From an archaeon (GTDB lineage Archaea > Nanobdellota > Nanobdellia > Woesearchaeales > UBA9642), in assembly GCA_020057295.1 (NCBI GenBank), contig JAGVGF010000002.1:32001-96000 (forward strand): a stretch of 64,000 bases of DNA, given 5' to 3'. The notes beneath the pieces were generated by a model that was given only the letters and a program-made list of their open reading frames with translations, did not search any database and had not been told where the DNA came from. The first letter of the stretch is position 1; the number at the start of each line of letters is the position of its first letter. Both the position numbers and the translations under genes were made by a program. Below, piece after piece: positions 37,821-48,509 of the stretch.

Positions 37821-40343
37821 TTACTTTTTTATGACTAGTTCCCTATATTTTATTCTTCGAACTTCGTCATTACCAACACTGATTTTAACATAATAGGTTC
37901 CAGGTGTTATACTATACAATGGTATTGTAACAGTTTCTGCCTGTGTTCCACCACGATTCAAATCGAATGATGTTGATCTTCCTTCAATTCCTAATTCCGG
38001 AATACTCACTACAACTCTGGAATTTTTCAACTTTGAACCATACTCATTCTTAACTTCAACATTTACTGTTAAATCATCATTAGGCTTCAAAATATCATAA
38101 CCATCCATGCCATAAATTAATAAGTGTGTTATCAATAATCCGCCTTTAGACTTATCAATTATTACTACTGGTTTTGGCATACTAGAACCATCTAATATTG
38201 TTGCTGTAGTTCTTCCAGAATTAATAGAACCATTAGCGTAGTAAATTGTTAATGTTACTGTATAAACATTTATTGCTGTATATGTGTGTTGAATTGTTGG
38301 TGTTGTTGTATCTGCGGTTTTACCGTCTCCAAAATTCCATAAGTATCGAACTATTTGTCCAGTACTTTTTGAAGCATCAAATGTTACTGGCTGATTAACA
38401 TATCCGTTGTATGGTCCACCCATATCAAATATTAATGTTTGATTAGTAGTTCCATTACTTGTTGTTCTAACTATTCCGCAATTTGCTAATACTACATTAT
38501 TATTTGCATCAGTTACTGTTACACTTGAACTAAATGTTCCAACATTATTATATATGTGTGTAACGCTATTTAATGTATTACTACTTACGCCACCGTCACC
38601 AAATGACCATATGTAATTATATGGTGCTGTTCCGCCGTTAACAAGTGCGTTCATACTAACGCTTAATGGAATATTACCGTTTGTTGGTGATGCAGTACAT
38701 GCAACAGTAAACGTTGCGTTTGTATTATTTACAATTCCAGTAATTACGTGAACATTAATTCTTGTAGTACTATAATCATTGTCTAAATCACTGGCTCTTA
38801 AATCAATTATATCATCACCTAAATTATTTCCGGTAATTGCTAGAACGTTTCCTGAATTTATTACTGTTGTAATTCTAAACGGATTATTAGTTATACTCCA
38901 TCTTAATGTATTATCTTCTAAATCATGACCATAACTGTTTAATCCTATATATGATGTTTGTCCAACATTAATATACACATCAGGTATGTTGCTTATTGTT
39001 GGCTTATTATTTAATATGATTAAATTAACTTGTGCTTGTCCGCCTGTTAATCCTGTAAAGTTAAATGCGAATGCAAAAACATTACTATCTCCTAAAAACT
39101 CATGTCTTAATGGTATCATATCTAATTTATAATAATACCAGTTACCATTATAGCTTAACCTGCTCAAATCAACTCTACCGCCTGGTAGACTGACTAGTGC
39201 TGCTGCTGTAACAATATCGCTTGTAACAAATGTGTTACTTATAGGATCGTAAACTTGAAATTTTGCATATAATGATTCTCCTCTATAGAATGTGTTATCT
39301 GGATAGAAAAAATTACTATCATTATATGTTGCTAAATTAATAACATTATATCTTTGAGCGTATACATCAAATGTGTATGATGCACCATTGCCTGTATAAT
39401 TAATATATCCTGGTGCACTTGCTGTAGCATAAACTGTGTATGTTCCAACACCACTTACAGGACTAGTTACTGTACATCCGCCACTAAGCGTATTTGTTTT
39501 ACATGTTCCGAATAATCTTCCGTCGCTGTATGCAATTTTTACATCAACATTTCCTGGAACTAATCCGTTACTTGATGTAACCATTACACTGCATGATTGA
39601 TTGTTATTGTTTACAACTCTTGGAAAACAATTTATTGATTGTATACTTAATGTTGGTGGAACAACTGTAATTGCTCCAACTCCACAATTAGCTGTTACAC
39701 TTACACTATTACTGTCTACAACTCTTAATGTAGGATTAAATGTTCCTATATTATATGTGTGTGTTTGAGTATTTGTTAAAGAATTTGTTGATACACTAAA
39801 TATACTTGAACCATCATTATAATTCCAATTATATGTATATGGCGCATTTCCTCCGGTTACTGTTCCAGTAAAATCTACATTTAATGGAGCATATCCGTTA
39901 GTTGGCACTGCATTACATGAAACTGCAAATGTTGAAACTGCTGTAGGTAAAACATTTAATATTAATCTAAAACTATCAGAACTAAATCCGTCAACAGATT
40001 TTATGTAAACATAATATGTTCCATTTGTATTTCCATATTGTGTTGGTGTAACATTTATGTAGCCATTAGCGCCATTGCCTACTGTTGCTGTTGTTGGAAT
40101 ATAAGTAAATATAGGGTTTGTTAATCCTTGCTTGTATAATGTAATATTGTATTGTCCGCCTCTTGTACTAATTGCATGAACTCTATATTCAAATTCTGCA
40201 GTTTGACCATTATTAATATTTAACACTACATCATTATTACTAGTCCATGTAGCTTGATTGATTGATGCCATTACTGGACTAACACATACAATGCTTAAAA
40301 TGAACAATAATACAATTATCCAACTTTTCATTTTATCCCTCAT
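37821..40343 (-). CDS. PKD-domain surface protein
   Basis: Signal peptide; PKD repeats (YNWNYNDG, YIWSFGDG, YLWNFGDG...HTY); C-terminal Ig domain. Confidence 0.88.
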   Translation of the reverse strand: MRDKMKSWIIVLLFILSIVCVSPVMASINQATWTSNNDVVLNINNGQTAEFEYRVHAISTRGGQYNITLYKQGLTNPIFTYIPTTATVGNGANGYINVTPTQYGNTNGTYYVYIKSVDGFSSDSFRLILNVLPTAVSTFAVSCNAVPTNGYAPLNVDFTGTVTGGNAPYTYNWNYNDGSSIFSVSTNSLTNTQTHTYNIGTFNPTLRVVDSNSVSVTANCGVGAITVVPPTLSIQSINCFPRVVNNNNQSCSVMVTSSNGLVPGNVDVKIAYSDGRLFGTCKTNTLSGGCTVTSPVSGVGTYTVYATASAPGYINYTGNGASYTFDVYAQRYNVINLATYNDSNFFYPDNTFYRGESLYAKFQVYDPISNTFVTSDIVTAAALVSLPGGRVDLSRLSYNGNWYYYKLDMIPLRHEFLGDSNVFAFAFNFTGLTGGQAQVNLIILNNKPTISNIPDVYINVGQTSYIGLNSYGHDLEDNTLRWSITNNPFRITTVINSGNVLAITGNNLGDDIIDLRASDLDNDYSTTRINVHVITGIVNNTNATFTVACTASPTNGNIPLSVSMNALVNGGTAPYNYIWSFGDGGVSSNTLNSVTHIYNNVGTFSSSVTVTDANNNVVLANCGIVRTTSNGTTNQTLIFDMGGPYNGYVNQPVTFDASKSTGQIVRYLWNFGDGKTADTTTPTIQHTYTAINVYTVTLTIYYANGSINSGRTTATILDGSSMPKPVVIIDKSKGGLLITHLLIYGMDGYDILKPNDDLTVNVEVKNEYGSKLKNSRVVVSIPELGIEGRSTSFDLNRGGTQAETVTIPLYSITPGTYYVKISVGNDEVRRIKYRELVIKK

Positions 40344-40363
40344 CTAAAGTATATCTTAATAAT

Positions 40364-41707
40364 CTAAAATTTGTATATTAATGATGCATTAACGCCGTTT
40401 TTTGTTCCGTCATTTGGATTAATATCTCCTGTTACATCAAGATATAATCCATCAATTCCTTTAATTCCGCCTAATCTTAAACCTACAGGTATACTGAAAT
40501 ATGAATTACTTCCTTCTGTAGTTGGTTGTGTTACTGGTGGTTTTGAAAGAGGATTATTTTGTGCTCTATCTCTTATAGTTTCTGTAACTGTACTTTCTAA
40601 TGTTGAGTTACTACTATTATATTGAGCGCCAACTCCTACTTTTAAGTTGTTTCCTCCTAGCCAAGCCATTACTCTTGTTTTCCATCCAGTATATTTCTCT
40701 GTGAATTTTTGTACAGTAGATCCAAATGTTGAATTCCATGTACTATCATAATCTTTATTTGAATTACCTATCAAATTAGTTTTAGCAACTGTTCCTTCTA
40801 AATCCCAATGTGAATCAGGGCTATATCCTAATGTTAATCCTGTAACATTTCCTTTATTTGTTGAACTTCCATCTTTTCCAAATAATAATCCTGCATACCA
40901 TTTTGATTTTGTTGTGTCAGGAACATCTGTTGTATCAGTTCTAGCTGTACTATTTCCTGATGTTCTATTACTTACTGCAGAACTATCTGTTAATCCTGAA
41001 GCAATTAATGCTGTACTGTCAGTAACTCCTGGAATGTACAACATGAATTTTACTTCCTCGCCATCATATCTTTTTATTACTGTTCTACCATTCTGTACTA
41101 TAGTATCAGTATATGCTGGAGTTCTACGTATTGCTCCAAATTGTAATCCGCGATGTCCTGCTCTTCCAACGGTTAATGCATCTGCAGCTGTTTCTCTACC
41201 ATCATAATTATTGTTGCCTAAATGTGTTGAAATATCTTTTAGCAATGTTGTATCTCTTGGCATTCTTCCCATTTGTGTACTATCCGCAAGATCTTTACGC
41301 CATTGCGCTAATGCTCTTTCATCAGCTATGATTACTTTATCGTTAGGATTTTTCTTTTTTAATGCAGCAATATTTCTCTTTTCATAATTTATTAATCCTT
41401 CAGGAGTCATTAACACCCATTGTCCATGAGGTGCGTTAGGATATGTACTTCCATAATTTAATTCTTTAGCTTCTCTGCCCGGAATTACAGTAACTCTGTC
41501 CGGTACTGCAATACTTCGACCAGGAATGAATGCTGTACTAGTATCTTTGGTAATCCTGTTGTGTTGTAATGGTGTTCTTGATTGTGCATCTAATTCGGTG
41601 CTTAACATGTAACTTCCAATTAGAAATATTCCTGCTGCTTTAAGTGCATCAATTAAATCTGTTTTAAGACTAGAATAATTATAGTTATTTATATTTGTAA
41701 AGTTCAT
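40364..41707 (-). CDS. Secreted protein with predicted C-terminal 8-stranded outer-membrane-type beta-barrel
   Basis: Eight alternating amphipathic strands after residue ~268, terminal LIYKF, signal-like segment ending LDAQ; SD GGGGG. Confidence 0.65.
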   Translation of the reverse strand: MNFTNINNYNYSSLKTDLIDALKAAGIFLIGSYMLSTELDAQSRTPLQHNRITKDTSTAFIPGRSIAVPDRVTVIPGREAKELNYGSTYPNAPHGQWVLMTPEGLINYEKRNIAALKKKNPNDKVIIADERALAQWRKDLADSTQMGRMPRDTTLLKDISTHLGNNNYDGRETAADALTVGRAGHRGLQFGAIRRTPAYTDTIVQNGRTVIKRYDGEEVKFMLYIPGVTDSTALIASGLTDSSAVSNRTSGNSTARTDTTDVPDTTKSKWYAGLLFGKDGSSTNKGNVTGLTLGYSPDSHWDLEGTVAKTNLIGNSNKDYDSTWNSTFGSTVQKFTEKYTGWKTRVMAWLGGNNLKVGVGAQYNSSNSTLESTVTETIRDRAQNNPLSKPPVTQPTTEGSNSYFSIPVGLRLGGIKGIDGLYLDVTGDINPNDGTKNGVNASLIYKF

Positions 41708-41752
41708 TTTAATCCCCCAAAAATATGTACTTATGAAGGTAAAATCAGAATA

Positions 41753-41768
41753 ATATATAAATGTTTCG
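41753..41768 (-). promoter_or_regulatory. BRE-TATA promoter CGAAACATTTATATAT
   Basis: Upstream of 41707; 15/16 identical to the element at 37764-37779. Confidence 0.75.
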
Positions 41769-41817
41769 GTAATTTGTTATTACGCAGTGAATACAAAATA
41801 TTTTGTTTTTTTAACTT

Positions 41818-42177
41818 TTATATATTTATCAATACTATTCCTAATATTATAAAACATATCCCTATCCATTTATAATTATTCATACGCTCTTTCAAATAAT
41901 ATATTGATAAGATTGTAACAAAAATGTATGACATAGAACTTAAAGGATATACTACTGATAAATTTCCAAGTTTTAATGCTAACACGAAAAATATTCCAGA
42001 TATTCCATATAATGCTATTCCACAGATTATATAATAATTTTTTATGATTTTAATTATTCCGTTAATTGTTATTTCTAATGTAAATTTTTTTGATCCTTTT
42101 TTTAGTAATGTTGTTCCTATAGCATTACCTATTGTTGCTATTAATACAAATAATATTATAACTACTGAATTATTCAT
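41818..42177 (-). CDS. EamA/SMR (ArnE/ArnF-like) small membrane transporter
   Basis: 119 aa, four TM; ALKLGNLSVVYPLSSMSYI, LKE...KWIG. Confidence 0.85.
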   Translation of the reverse strand: MNNSVVIILFVLIATIGNAIGTTLLKKGSKKFTLEITINGIIKIIKNYYIICGIALYGISGIFFVLALKLGNLSVVYPLSSMSYIFVTILSIYYLKERMNNYKWIGICFIILGIVLINI

Positions 42178-42533
42178 TTTTTAATACCTGCACCAATAAA
42201 CGATACTCCTACTATTATGAGTAAAATTCCAGTCATATTAATATATGATACAGTCTCATTAAATATTATCATCGCAAGAACTGTCGTCCATATAAAACTT
42301 AATGCAACAAACGGATATAAAAGCGATACATCTCCATGTTTAAGTGCTAATATTAATAGCATAGATGCTGTAAAATACAAAATCAATCCTAAAATTAATG
42401 GAATGTTAGTTATAATTTGATAAAAACTATCAATATTCTTTGTAGAAAGCTTTAATAATATTTGCGCAGCGGCGGTAATAAAACTACACAATATAACTAA
42501 TCCAACAGCCAAAAATTTATTGCTATAATTCAT
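42174..42533 (-). CDS. EamA/SMR (ArnE/ArnF-like) small membrane transporter
   Basis: 119 aa, four TM; AQILLK, ALKHGDVSLLYP; ATGA overlap with its paralog. Confidence 0.85.
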   Translation of the reverse strand: MNYSNKFLAVGLVILCSFITAAAQILLKLSTKNIDSFYQIITNIPLILGLILYFTASMLLILALKHGDVSLLYPFVALSFIWTTVLAMIIFNETVSYINMTGILLIIVGVSFIGAGIKK

Positions 42534-42537
42534 TTTA

Positions 42538-45456
42538 TTAAGAATTTACAGGCCACTTTACTTTCCAAATTATTATTCTAGTGCCAGTAATATCTGTAAC
42601 ATCAGAGAATTTCTCAAAATTATTCATATACTTACCATCTAAGTAAAATAATTTTGTGAATGTAGATTCTAACAATATTGGATCCGAGATTAATGCTGAA
42701 TATCTAGTCTGATTATTTGATCTATCTATATTTAATAATAATCCAAGATTCATTGTAGTATTATCTACATCGTATCTTTTCATCTCTTCATCTGCTATTA
42801 CTAAACTCTTCCAGAATGCTACGTTTTCTCCAACTTTGGAATTAGTTGCTTTATCGTATATTCCTATTAATACTTGTGAACTTTCTGGATTAGTTAAATT
42901 TATTGCAGCACGCTGTAATACTATATTTTGTTGTCCGTTACTTCCAATGCCTAGATTTAGATCACATAATACTAAGTCTTTAGTATAATTTACACAACCA
43001 ATTAAACTACCTGTTGCATAACTAGGCCATGTTGATATCCAATCATTCATCTCTCTATCTGTTTGTAATGCTTGAACTTCATAATATATTCTTGAAGCTT
43101 CATCCGCGCTATACTGGAAGAAACTACTTCTTTCTTTGAATCGTTCTTCCATTATTTTCATTGCTTCATCATAAGGTTTTGTTCTTACATTATTTATTAT
43201 GAATGCTTTATCAAAGTCCCATGTTCCAAAGTGTGCCCATACACCGGCTTTTCCTACCATATCTTCTGACGTTATGAAATAGTTCTCTGGAGGATTACAA
43301 TGTGTTAATAATAATATTTTATCTATCTCACTTGAAGTGTAACCATAAATTTCAAGAGTTTTTCTAGCTTGAGTTTTATCTTGTATTACTATTTCATCAA
43401 CTATATTTTGAGTTCTTTCTGTATCATTATACTTTTTATTCATCTCGTCAAATCCTGTTGTACTACCACAATCTAATATTCTTAATAATCCTGTTGCTCT
43501 CTTCTCATCGCTAGTTGTTAATGTTTGTGCAAGGTATTGTACGAATGGTCCACTCTGTGCAGAGCCATCTGCTGTTACTTTACGTTCAGCAACATATTTG
43601 AACCAGTGTCCGAAATCCCACCAAGAGTTTATTATTGCATCAGGTTTTGATTCTTCTCTTATTTTTGTTAATGAATCCCACCATCCAATAGTCATTGATG
43701 GCATATAACTTTTACCTGTAGCAATTCCTGCTTGTATGGGAATTATCAATATTAAACACAATAGTGCAAATACTATTAGTTTTGAAATGTTTTCCTTAAC
43801 ATTTAATCCTTCATGGAATAATCTAGAAATATATTCGTAAATATATCCTATAGCAACTCCTAATGCTACAGAGAATGCGGGTATAAGCAATAGATTAAAT
43901 CTTATGCCCTTGATACTAGCATATATCATAAACACGTACCATATTCCAAGTATTAATGGAATCTTAATATCGTGTTTAGAATCTTTATCTAGTAATATGT
44001 TTAGTATGCCTAGTGCTATTGGTATAAGTAGAACTATAGTATATACTGTTGGATTCATACCATATCCTATGGAAGATGTAAGTATAGCATATACTATTAT
44101 TGCAATTATTAATAATATATATTCCTTAGTTGTTGGTTTCTTTCCTACTAGCAAGAATATTATTCCAAGTAATGATATCGCAAAGAGTATTGGTATCCCA
44201 AATCCTATCTGCCCAACTGTTGTCGCAACATTACCCTCATTTAATTCTGCGACTGTAGTCATAATATTAGGCCATAATTCTGCTTGAGCAGCAACTTTAA
44301 GGTTTGCATTAACAGTAAACGGCGTCATGAACACTCCGAAAAATGCTCCTATACTTCCAGCAAATAAACTTACAAATATTGCCGAAAAAACGAATATGCT
44401 AGCAAATAATATTAATTCTTGTTGAATATGTTTTTCTTTCCAGAAGTGTATGCGTTTATGATGCATGTAGTCTTTAACGATTATAAATCCTATGTGTCCT
44501 ATTATAGCTAATAACATAAATAAGAATATATACCAGTAGCCACCCCATGCAAAACTAAATAATCCCATCAATAGACCCGTAAGACCACCGAGTAAAATTT
44601 TATTTAAAGTGTTTCTAGCATCATATGCTTCTAAAAATATCCAGATTATTACAAGTGGGAAAACTACATTCCATATATCAGTATCGGATCCTAGACTTCT
44701 AGAAATTAATAATGGACTTAATGCAAATAGCATTGCAGCGAAAAATCCTCCGACTTCATTCATTAATTTTCTACCAATAAAGAATGCTGCTATAGCTCCA
44801 ATGACTGCCAATAATGTTGGTAGATAGAATTGTGCCTGCATTAAATTAATTTTAGAATCGAAGAAATGTAAAAATTTGTATAACACAAATATTCCGTAAG
44901 GATGCATTGTTGCACCAACCGGTGTACCTATAGGCGCAATCATTTTTGTATCTATACAGATATTGTTTTCTATCTTATCACATACTACCCCGTTTCTTTC
45001 AATATTTCTAGCTTGATTCAAATAGTAGTATGAGTCTAAATCTCCTAAGAACGTGTATGTGTTATTATTTTCTTGATATTGAAATCCTGTTTTAAAATAA
45101 TTTGATGTTTGCATTACTTGTTGTTCAACATATGCTTCGTTAGTTTTTAAAAAACCAGCAAATTGTTCGTCAACAAGTTTTTGACGCTGTACTACTGGTA
45201 GATTTGGATATTGTGCATTAATGTTTTGTGCAATACCGTTTTTATAATAATTATATACTGCATTACGTGACATGTCATCTGTTGCAGGCAAATATTGTGG
45301 TAGAACTCTAATATACACTGTTAAAGCCACAGGTATAAGAATAAGTAATAATAGTATTAATATGTTTAAATTTTTTGGTGTAAAGAAATTCCTAATTTTT
45401 GTAAAATCGATTTTTACATCATCTTTTTTATCATGTTCATCAGTCAATTTGTACAC
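42538..45456 (-). CDS. aglB: Oligosaccharyltransferase AglB/STT3
   Basis: DLDSYYY, TVAE, SWWDFGH and EDMVGK motifs; many TM helices. Confidence 0.92.
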   Translation of the reverse strand: MYKLTDEHDKKDDVKIDFTKIRNFFTPKNLNILILLLLILIPVALTVYIRVLPQYLPATDDMSRNAVYNYYKNGIAQNINAQYPNLPVVQRQKLVDEQFAGFLKTNEAYVEQQVMQTSNYFKTGFQYQENNNTYTFLGDLDSYYYLNQARNIERNGVVCDKIENNICIDTKMIAPIGTPVGATMHPYGIFVLYKFLHFFDSKINLMQAQFYLPTLLAVIGAIAAFFIGRKLMNEVGGFFAAMLFALSPLLISRSLGSDTDIWNVVFPLVIIWIFLEAYDARNTLNKILLGGLTGLLMGLFSFAWGGYWYIFLFMLLAIIGHIGFIIVKDYMHHKRIHFWKEKHIQQELILFASIFVFSAIFVSLFAGSIGAFFGVFMTPFTVNANLKVAAQAELWPNIMTTVAELNEGNVATTVGQIGFGIPILFAISLLGIIFLLVGKKPTTKEYILLIIAIIVYAILTSSIGYGMNPTVYTIVLLIPIALGILNILLDKDSKHDIKIPLILGIWYVFMIYASIKGIRFNLLLIPAFSVALGVAIGYIYEYISRLFHEGLNVKENISKLIVFALLCLILIIPIQAGIATGKSYMPSMTIGWWDSLTKIREESKPDAIINSWWDFGHWFKYVAERKVTADGSAQSGPFVQYLAQTLTTSDEKRATGLLRILDCGSTTGFDEMNKKYNDTERTQNIVDEIVIQDKTQARKTLEIYGYTSSEIDKILLLTHCNPPENYFITSEDMVGKAGVWAHFGTWDFDKAFIINNVRTKPYDEAMKIMEERFKERSSFFQYSADEASRIYYEVQALQTDREMNDWISTWPSYATGSLIGCVNYTKDLVLCDLNLGIGSNGQQNIVLQRAAINLTNPESSQVLIGIYDKATNSKVGENVAFWKSLVIADEEMKRYDVDNTTMNLGLLLNIDRSNNQTRYSALISDPILLESTFTKLFYLDGKYMNNFEKFSDVTDITGTRIIIWKVKWPVNS

Positions 45457-45504
45457 CCCATAAAAGTTTTATAATTTGGTTTATAAATTTGATTAAACTA
45501 TGTT

Positions 45505-46869
45505 CTATTTTTTTATATTATCTTCCACTATTGTCCATATTATCGCAAGCCCTCCAGCGGCAAAAATTATATCTAAAGGAGTAGTTGGCGCCTTATATCT
45601 TGCTAGATATACTGTTATCCCAAAAAAGAACCAAGCGATAAGATAAATTAGATAGAATGGTATAAAATTTTTCCATTTTTGTATTGATACTATTACTCCT
45701 ATAAGTGTAAATATCCAAAAGAACCATAATTGAGCAAGTAATGACTTAGGATTTTTAATTAATCTTTGGAATGCTTCTAGATTAGGAAATAACCAGTATT
45801 GCATAGAAAATTGATACATTTTATTAATAGTTTTATCCGGATTGTTTAGAATGTAGTTAATAGCATATTTTGTTGTACACTTATTTTGCTTATACACAAA
45901 ATCATTTAATTCTTTCTTCGTTAAATTAGCGGCCGTACCCTTTCTATATATTTCTCCGCAATTACCATCAGATGTGTTTGTATCATATACATAATCCCAT
46001 TTATAAACGCTAGTCATCCATAATGTTCCTTCAGGGTTGTTGCCTAGATAGAGATTCAATCCAGAATTAGAATTAATAAATATTGGATGTCCATAATCTA
46101 AAGAAGTGTATATACACCAAGGTATAAGTATTATTGAAGCTCCAACAATAAATAATCCTAAAGGCATTATACCTCTCTTAAATATTTTTATATCTATTTT
46201 TTTATTGTTATGATAGAATATTAAGAATAATACAAGTACAAATCCAAACATTAATCCAGGAATTTTACTTAATGCCGCTATCCCAGACAAAATACCTATA
46301 TATATGTATTTACTTTTTGTTTCGTTATCTATTGATTTTGCTGTTAAGTATATTGCCCAGCTGAAAGCAAAAATCATCCAAAATTCCGTCCATAAATGTG
46401 CACTATAATAAACAATGTATGGATGAACTAGTGCGAGCAAACATGCAATGAATGCTGCTGTTTCACCAAAGAATTTCTTTGTTGGATAGAATAAAAAGTA
46501 CGCTATGAGTAAAGACGCTATTATTTGAATTATTCTTCCAATATAATGATCAGGTCCAAAAATCGCATAGACCCCTACAAGGTATATTGTTTCTAGAGGA
46601 TTAAAATATGAGCTAATGGTTGCTTTTCCGTTCAAGAAATCTATTGCATTGAGGTTATATCCCCATGCATCACTACCAACAAATTCGTCGTTTAATCCTA
46701 TGTTAGCTTCAGATATTTTTAAGTATAATGATAATATTATGAATAGAATTAATATTGCTGTTTTTATGGGATGTTTTTTTATTATATTAATAAAAGATTT
46801 CATTCTTTCAGTTATTTTTTCTTCTATTTTCTCTTTTGATTTGCCTGAATCAATCATAATAACCCCCAT
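45505..46869 (-). CDS. GT-C fold (ArnT/PMT-like) glycosyltransferase
   Basis: SDAWGY, HLWTE, NSGLNLYLGNNP, ARYK; multi-TM. Confidence 0.8.
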   Translation of the reverse strand: MGVIMIDSGKSKEKIEEKITERMKSFINIIKKHPIKTAILILFIILSLYLKISEANIGLNDEFVGSDAWGYNLNAIDFLNGKATISSYFNPLETIYLVGVYAIFGPDHYIGRIIQIIASLLIAYFLFYPTKKFFGETAAFIACLLALVHPYIVYYSAHLWTEFWMIFAFSWAIYLTAKSIDNETKSKYIYIGILSGIAALSKIPGLMFGFVLVLFLIFYHNNKKIDIKIFKRGIMPLGLFIVGASIILIPWCIYTSLDYGHPIFINSNSGLNLYLGNNPEGTLWMTSVYKWDYVYDTNTSDGNCGEIYRKGTAANLTKKELNDFVYKQNKCTTKYAINYILNNPDKTINKMYQFSMQYWLFPNLEAFQRLIKNPKSLLAQLWFFWIFTLIGVIVSIQKWKNFIPFYLIYLIAWFFFGITVYLARYKAPTTPLDIIFAAGGLAIIWTIVEDNIKK

Positions 46870-47020
46870 CCTTATTGTTAGAGTAAATTGTATTCATAAT
46901 TATAAATATTTCGAAAAACCCTTGAATTTTAGATTTTAATAATTTAAATTGAAAATATTTATTAATTACTCCACTATTCTGTTCTTTATAGTAATTAGTG
47001 ATATAATATGGTGATATGTT

Positions 47021-47740
47021 ATGTATAAAAATCAGAAAGTATCTGTCGTTTTTTCAACATATAACGAGAAACAAACTATTAGGCAACAGATTAATGATTG
47101 TTTTGCTATACCTTATGTTGATGAAGTTGTTGTAGTTAATAATAATGCAGCAAAAGGTACTACAGAGGAAGTTCGTAAAACTAAAGCTAAATTATTCTTT
47201 GAAACTAAACAAGGTTACGGTCACGGTTATCAGAGAGGATTAAAAGAAGCTACGGGAAATATTATAATTATGTCTGAACCTGATGGAACATTTCATCACA
47301 AAGATATTATTAAACTTTTAGATTATTCTGACGAATTCGATGTGGTTTTTGGAACAAGAACTACTCAAGCTACTATAATGAAAAATGCTAATATGGGTTT
47401 TTTTCTAAAATGGGGTAACTGGTTTATAGCTAAATTAATAGAAGTAGGATATAATACTACACATTTAAGCGATGTCGGTTGTACAATGAGATTAATAAAA
47501 AAATCTGCATTAAGGAAGATACAACCCCATTTTACCATTGGTGGTTCAACATTCGGTCCACAATTCATGGTCCTAGTAGTATTGAAAAAAATTCCTCACG
47601 TAGAAATACCAGTACATTATGGTACTAGGGTAGGTAAATCTATGGGTACAAAAAATAAATTCAACGCATTTATAATGGGATTAAAAATGATTTGGATTGT
47701 ATTCAGTTACAGAATCAAGGGTTGGTTTAAGAAATATTGA
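47021..47740 (+). CDS. GT2 polyprenol-phosphate glycosyltransferase (DPM1-like)
   Basis: TYNE, GYGHG, EPDGT, VFGTR, LSDVGC, EIPVHY. Confidence 0.85.
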   Translation: MYKNQKVSVVFSTYNEKQTIRQQINDCFAIPYVDEVVVVNNNAAKGTTEEVRKTKAKLFFETKQGYGHGYQRGLKEATGNIIIMSEPDGTFHHKDIIKLLDYSDEFDVVFGTRTTQATIMKNANMGFFLKWGNWFIAKLIEVGYNTTHLSDVGCTMRLIKKSALRKIQPHFTIGGSTFGPQFMVLVVLKKIPHVEIPVHYGTRVGKSMGTKNKFNAFIMGLKMIWIVFSYRIKGWFKKY

Positions 47741-47767
47741 TTGATAGTTTATTATTCGAGGTGTCAC

Positions 47768-48415
47768 ATGATTAATGTCAACAAAATTTATGAGAGACGA
47801 TTTGGTAAAGATGCTGTTTTTAGACAGAAAATGTATTCTGTGTTATGTTCAAAATTTTTCCAAAAATATATTTCTAAAAATGCTACGGTTTTAGATGTGG
47901 CTGCAGGATATTGCGAATTCATTAATAACATTCAAGCAAAGCATAAAATTGCTTTAGATATTAATCCTGATATAAGAAAATTTGCAGATAAATCGGTAAA
48001 GATTATACTAGCACCATCTACGGATATGAGCAAAATTTATTCTAACACTATAGATAATGTTTTCATAAGTAACTTTTTTGAACATATAACAAAAGAGGAT
48101 ATAATTAAGACACTTAATGAAATTCATCGTGTATTAAAAAAAGGCGGAAAATTAATGATATTACAACCTAATATTCGTTATAGTTATAATGATTATTGGA
48201 TGTTTTTTGATCACATAACGCCTTTAGATGATAGAAGTTTATGTGAAGTCCTAGAATTGACGAATTTTAAAATCGTTGAGTCTAGGCCAAAATTCTTGCC
48301 TTATTCCACAAAAAGTAAGCTACCAAAATCTATAATATTATTGAGAATATATCTTAAGTTGCCAATACTACAAAGAATTATGGGTAAGCAAGCATTTGTT
48401 GTTGCACAAAAATAA
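47768..48415 (+). CDS. Class I SAM-dependent methyltransferase
   Basis: VLDVAAGYCEF, SNFFEH, VLKKGG; SD GAGGTG before the ATG at 47768. Confidence 0.85.
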   Translation: MINVNKIYERRFGKDAVFRQKMYSVLCSKFFQKYISKNATVLDVAAGYCEFINNIQAKHKIALDINPDIRKFADKSVKIILAPSTDMSKIYSNTIDNVFISNFFEHITKEDIIKTLNEIHRVLKKGGKLMILQPNIRYSYNDYWMFFDHITPLDDRSLCEVLELTNFKIVESRPKFLPYSTKSKLPKSIILLRIYLKLPILQRIMGKQAFVVAQK

Positions 48416-48509
48416 TTAAGATTATGTTCCGCGTATGTGTTGACTTAAGTGTGTACTTTCAGATTTGAAATTAATAAACTTAATAAAACATTTGTCCTTC
48501 TAGTGTTTT

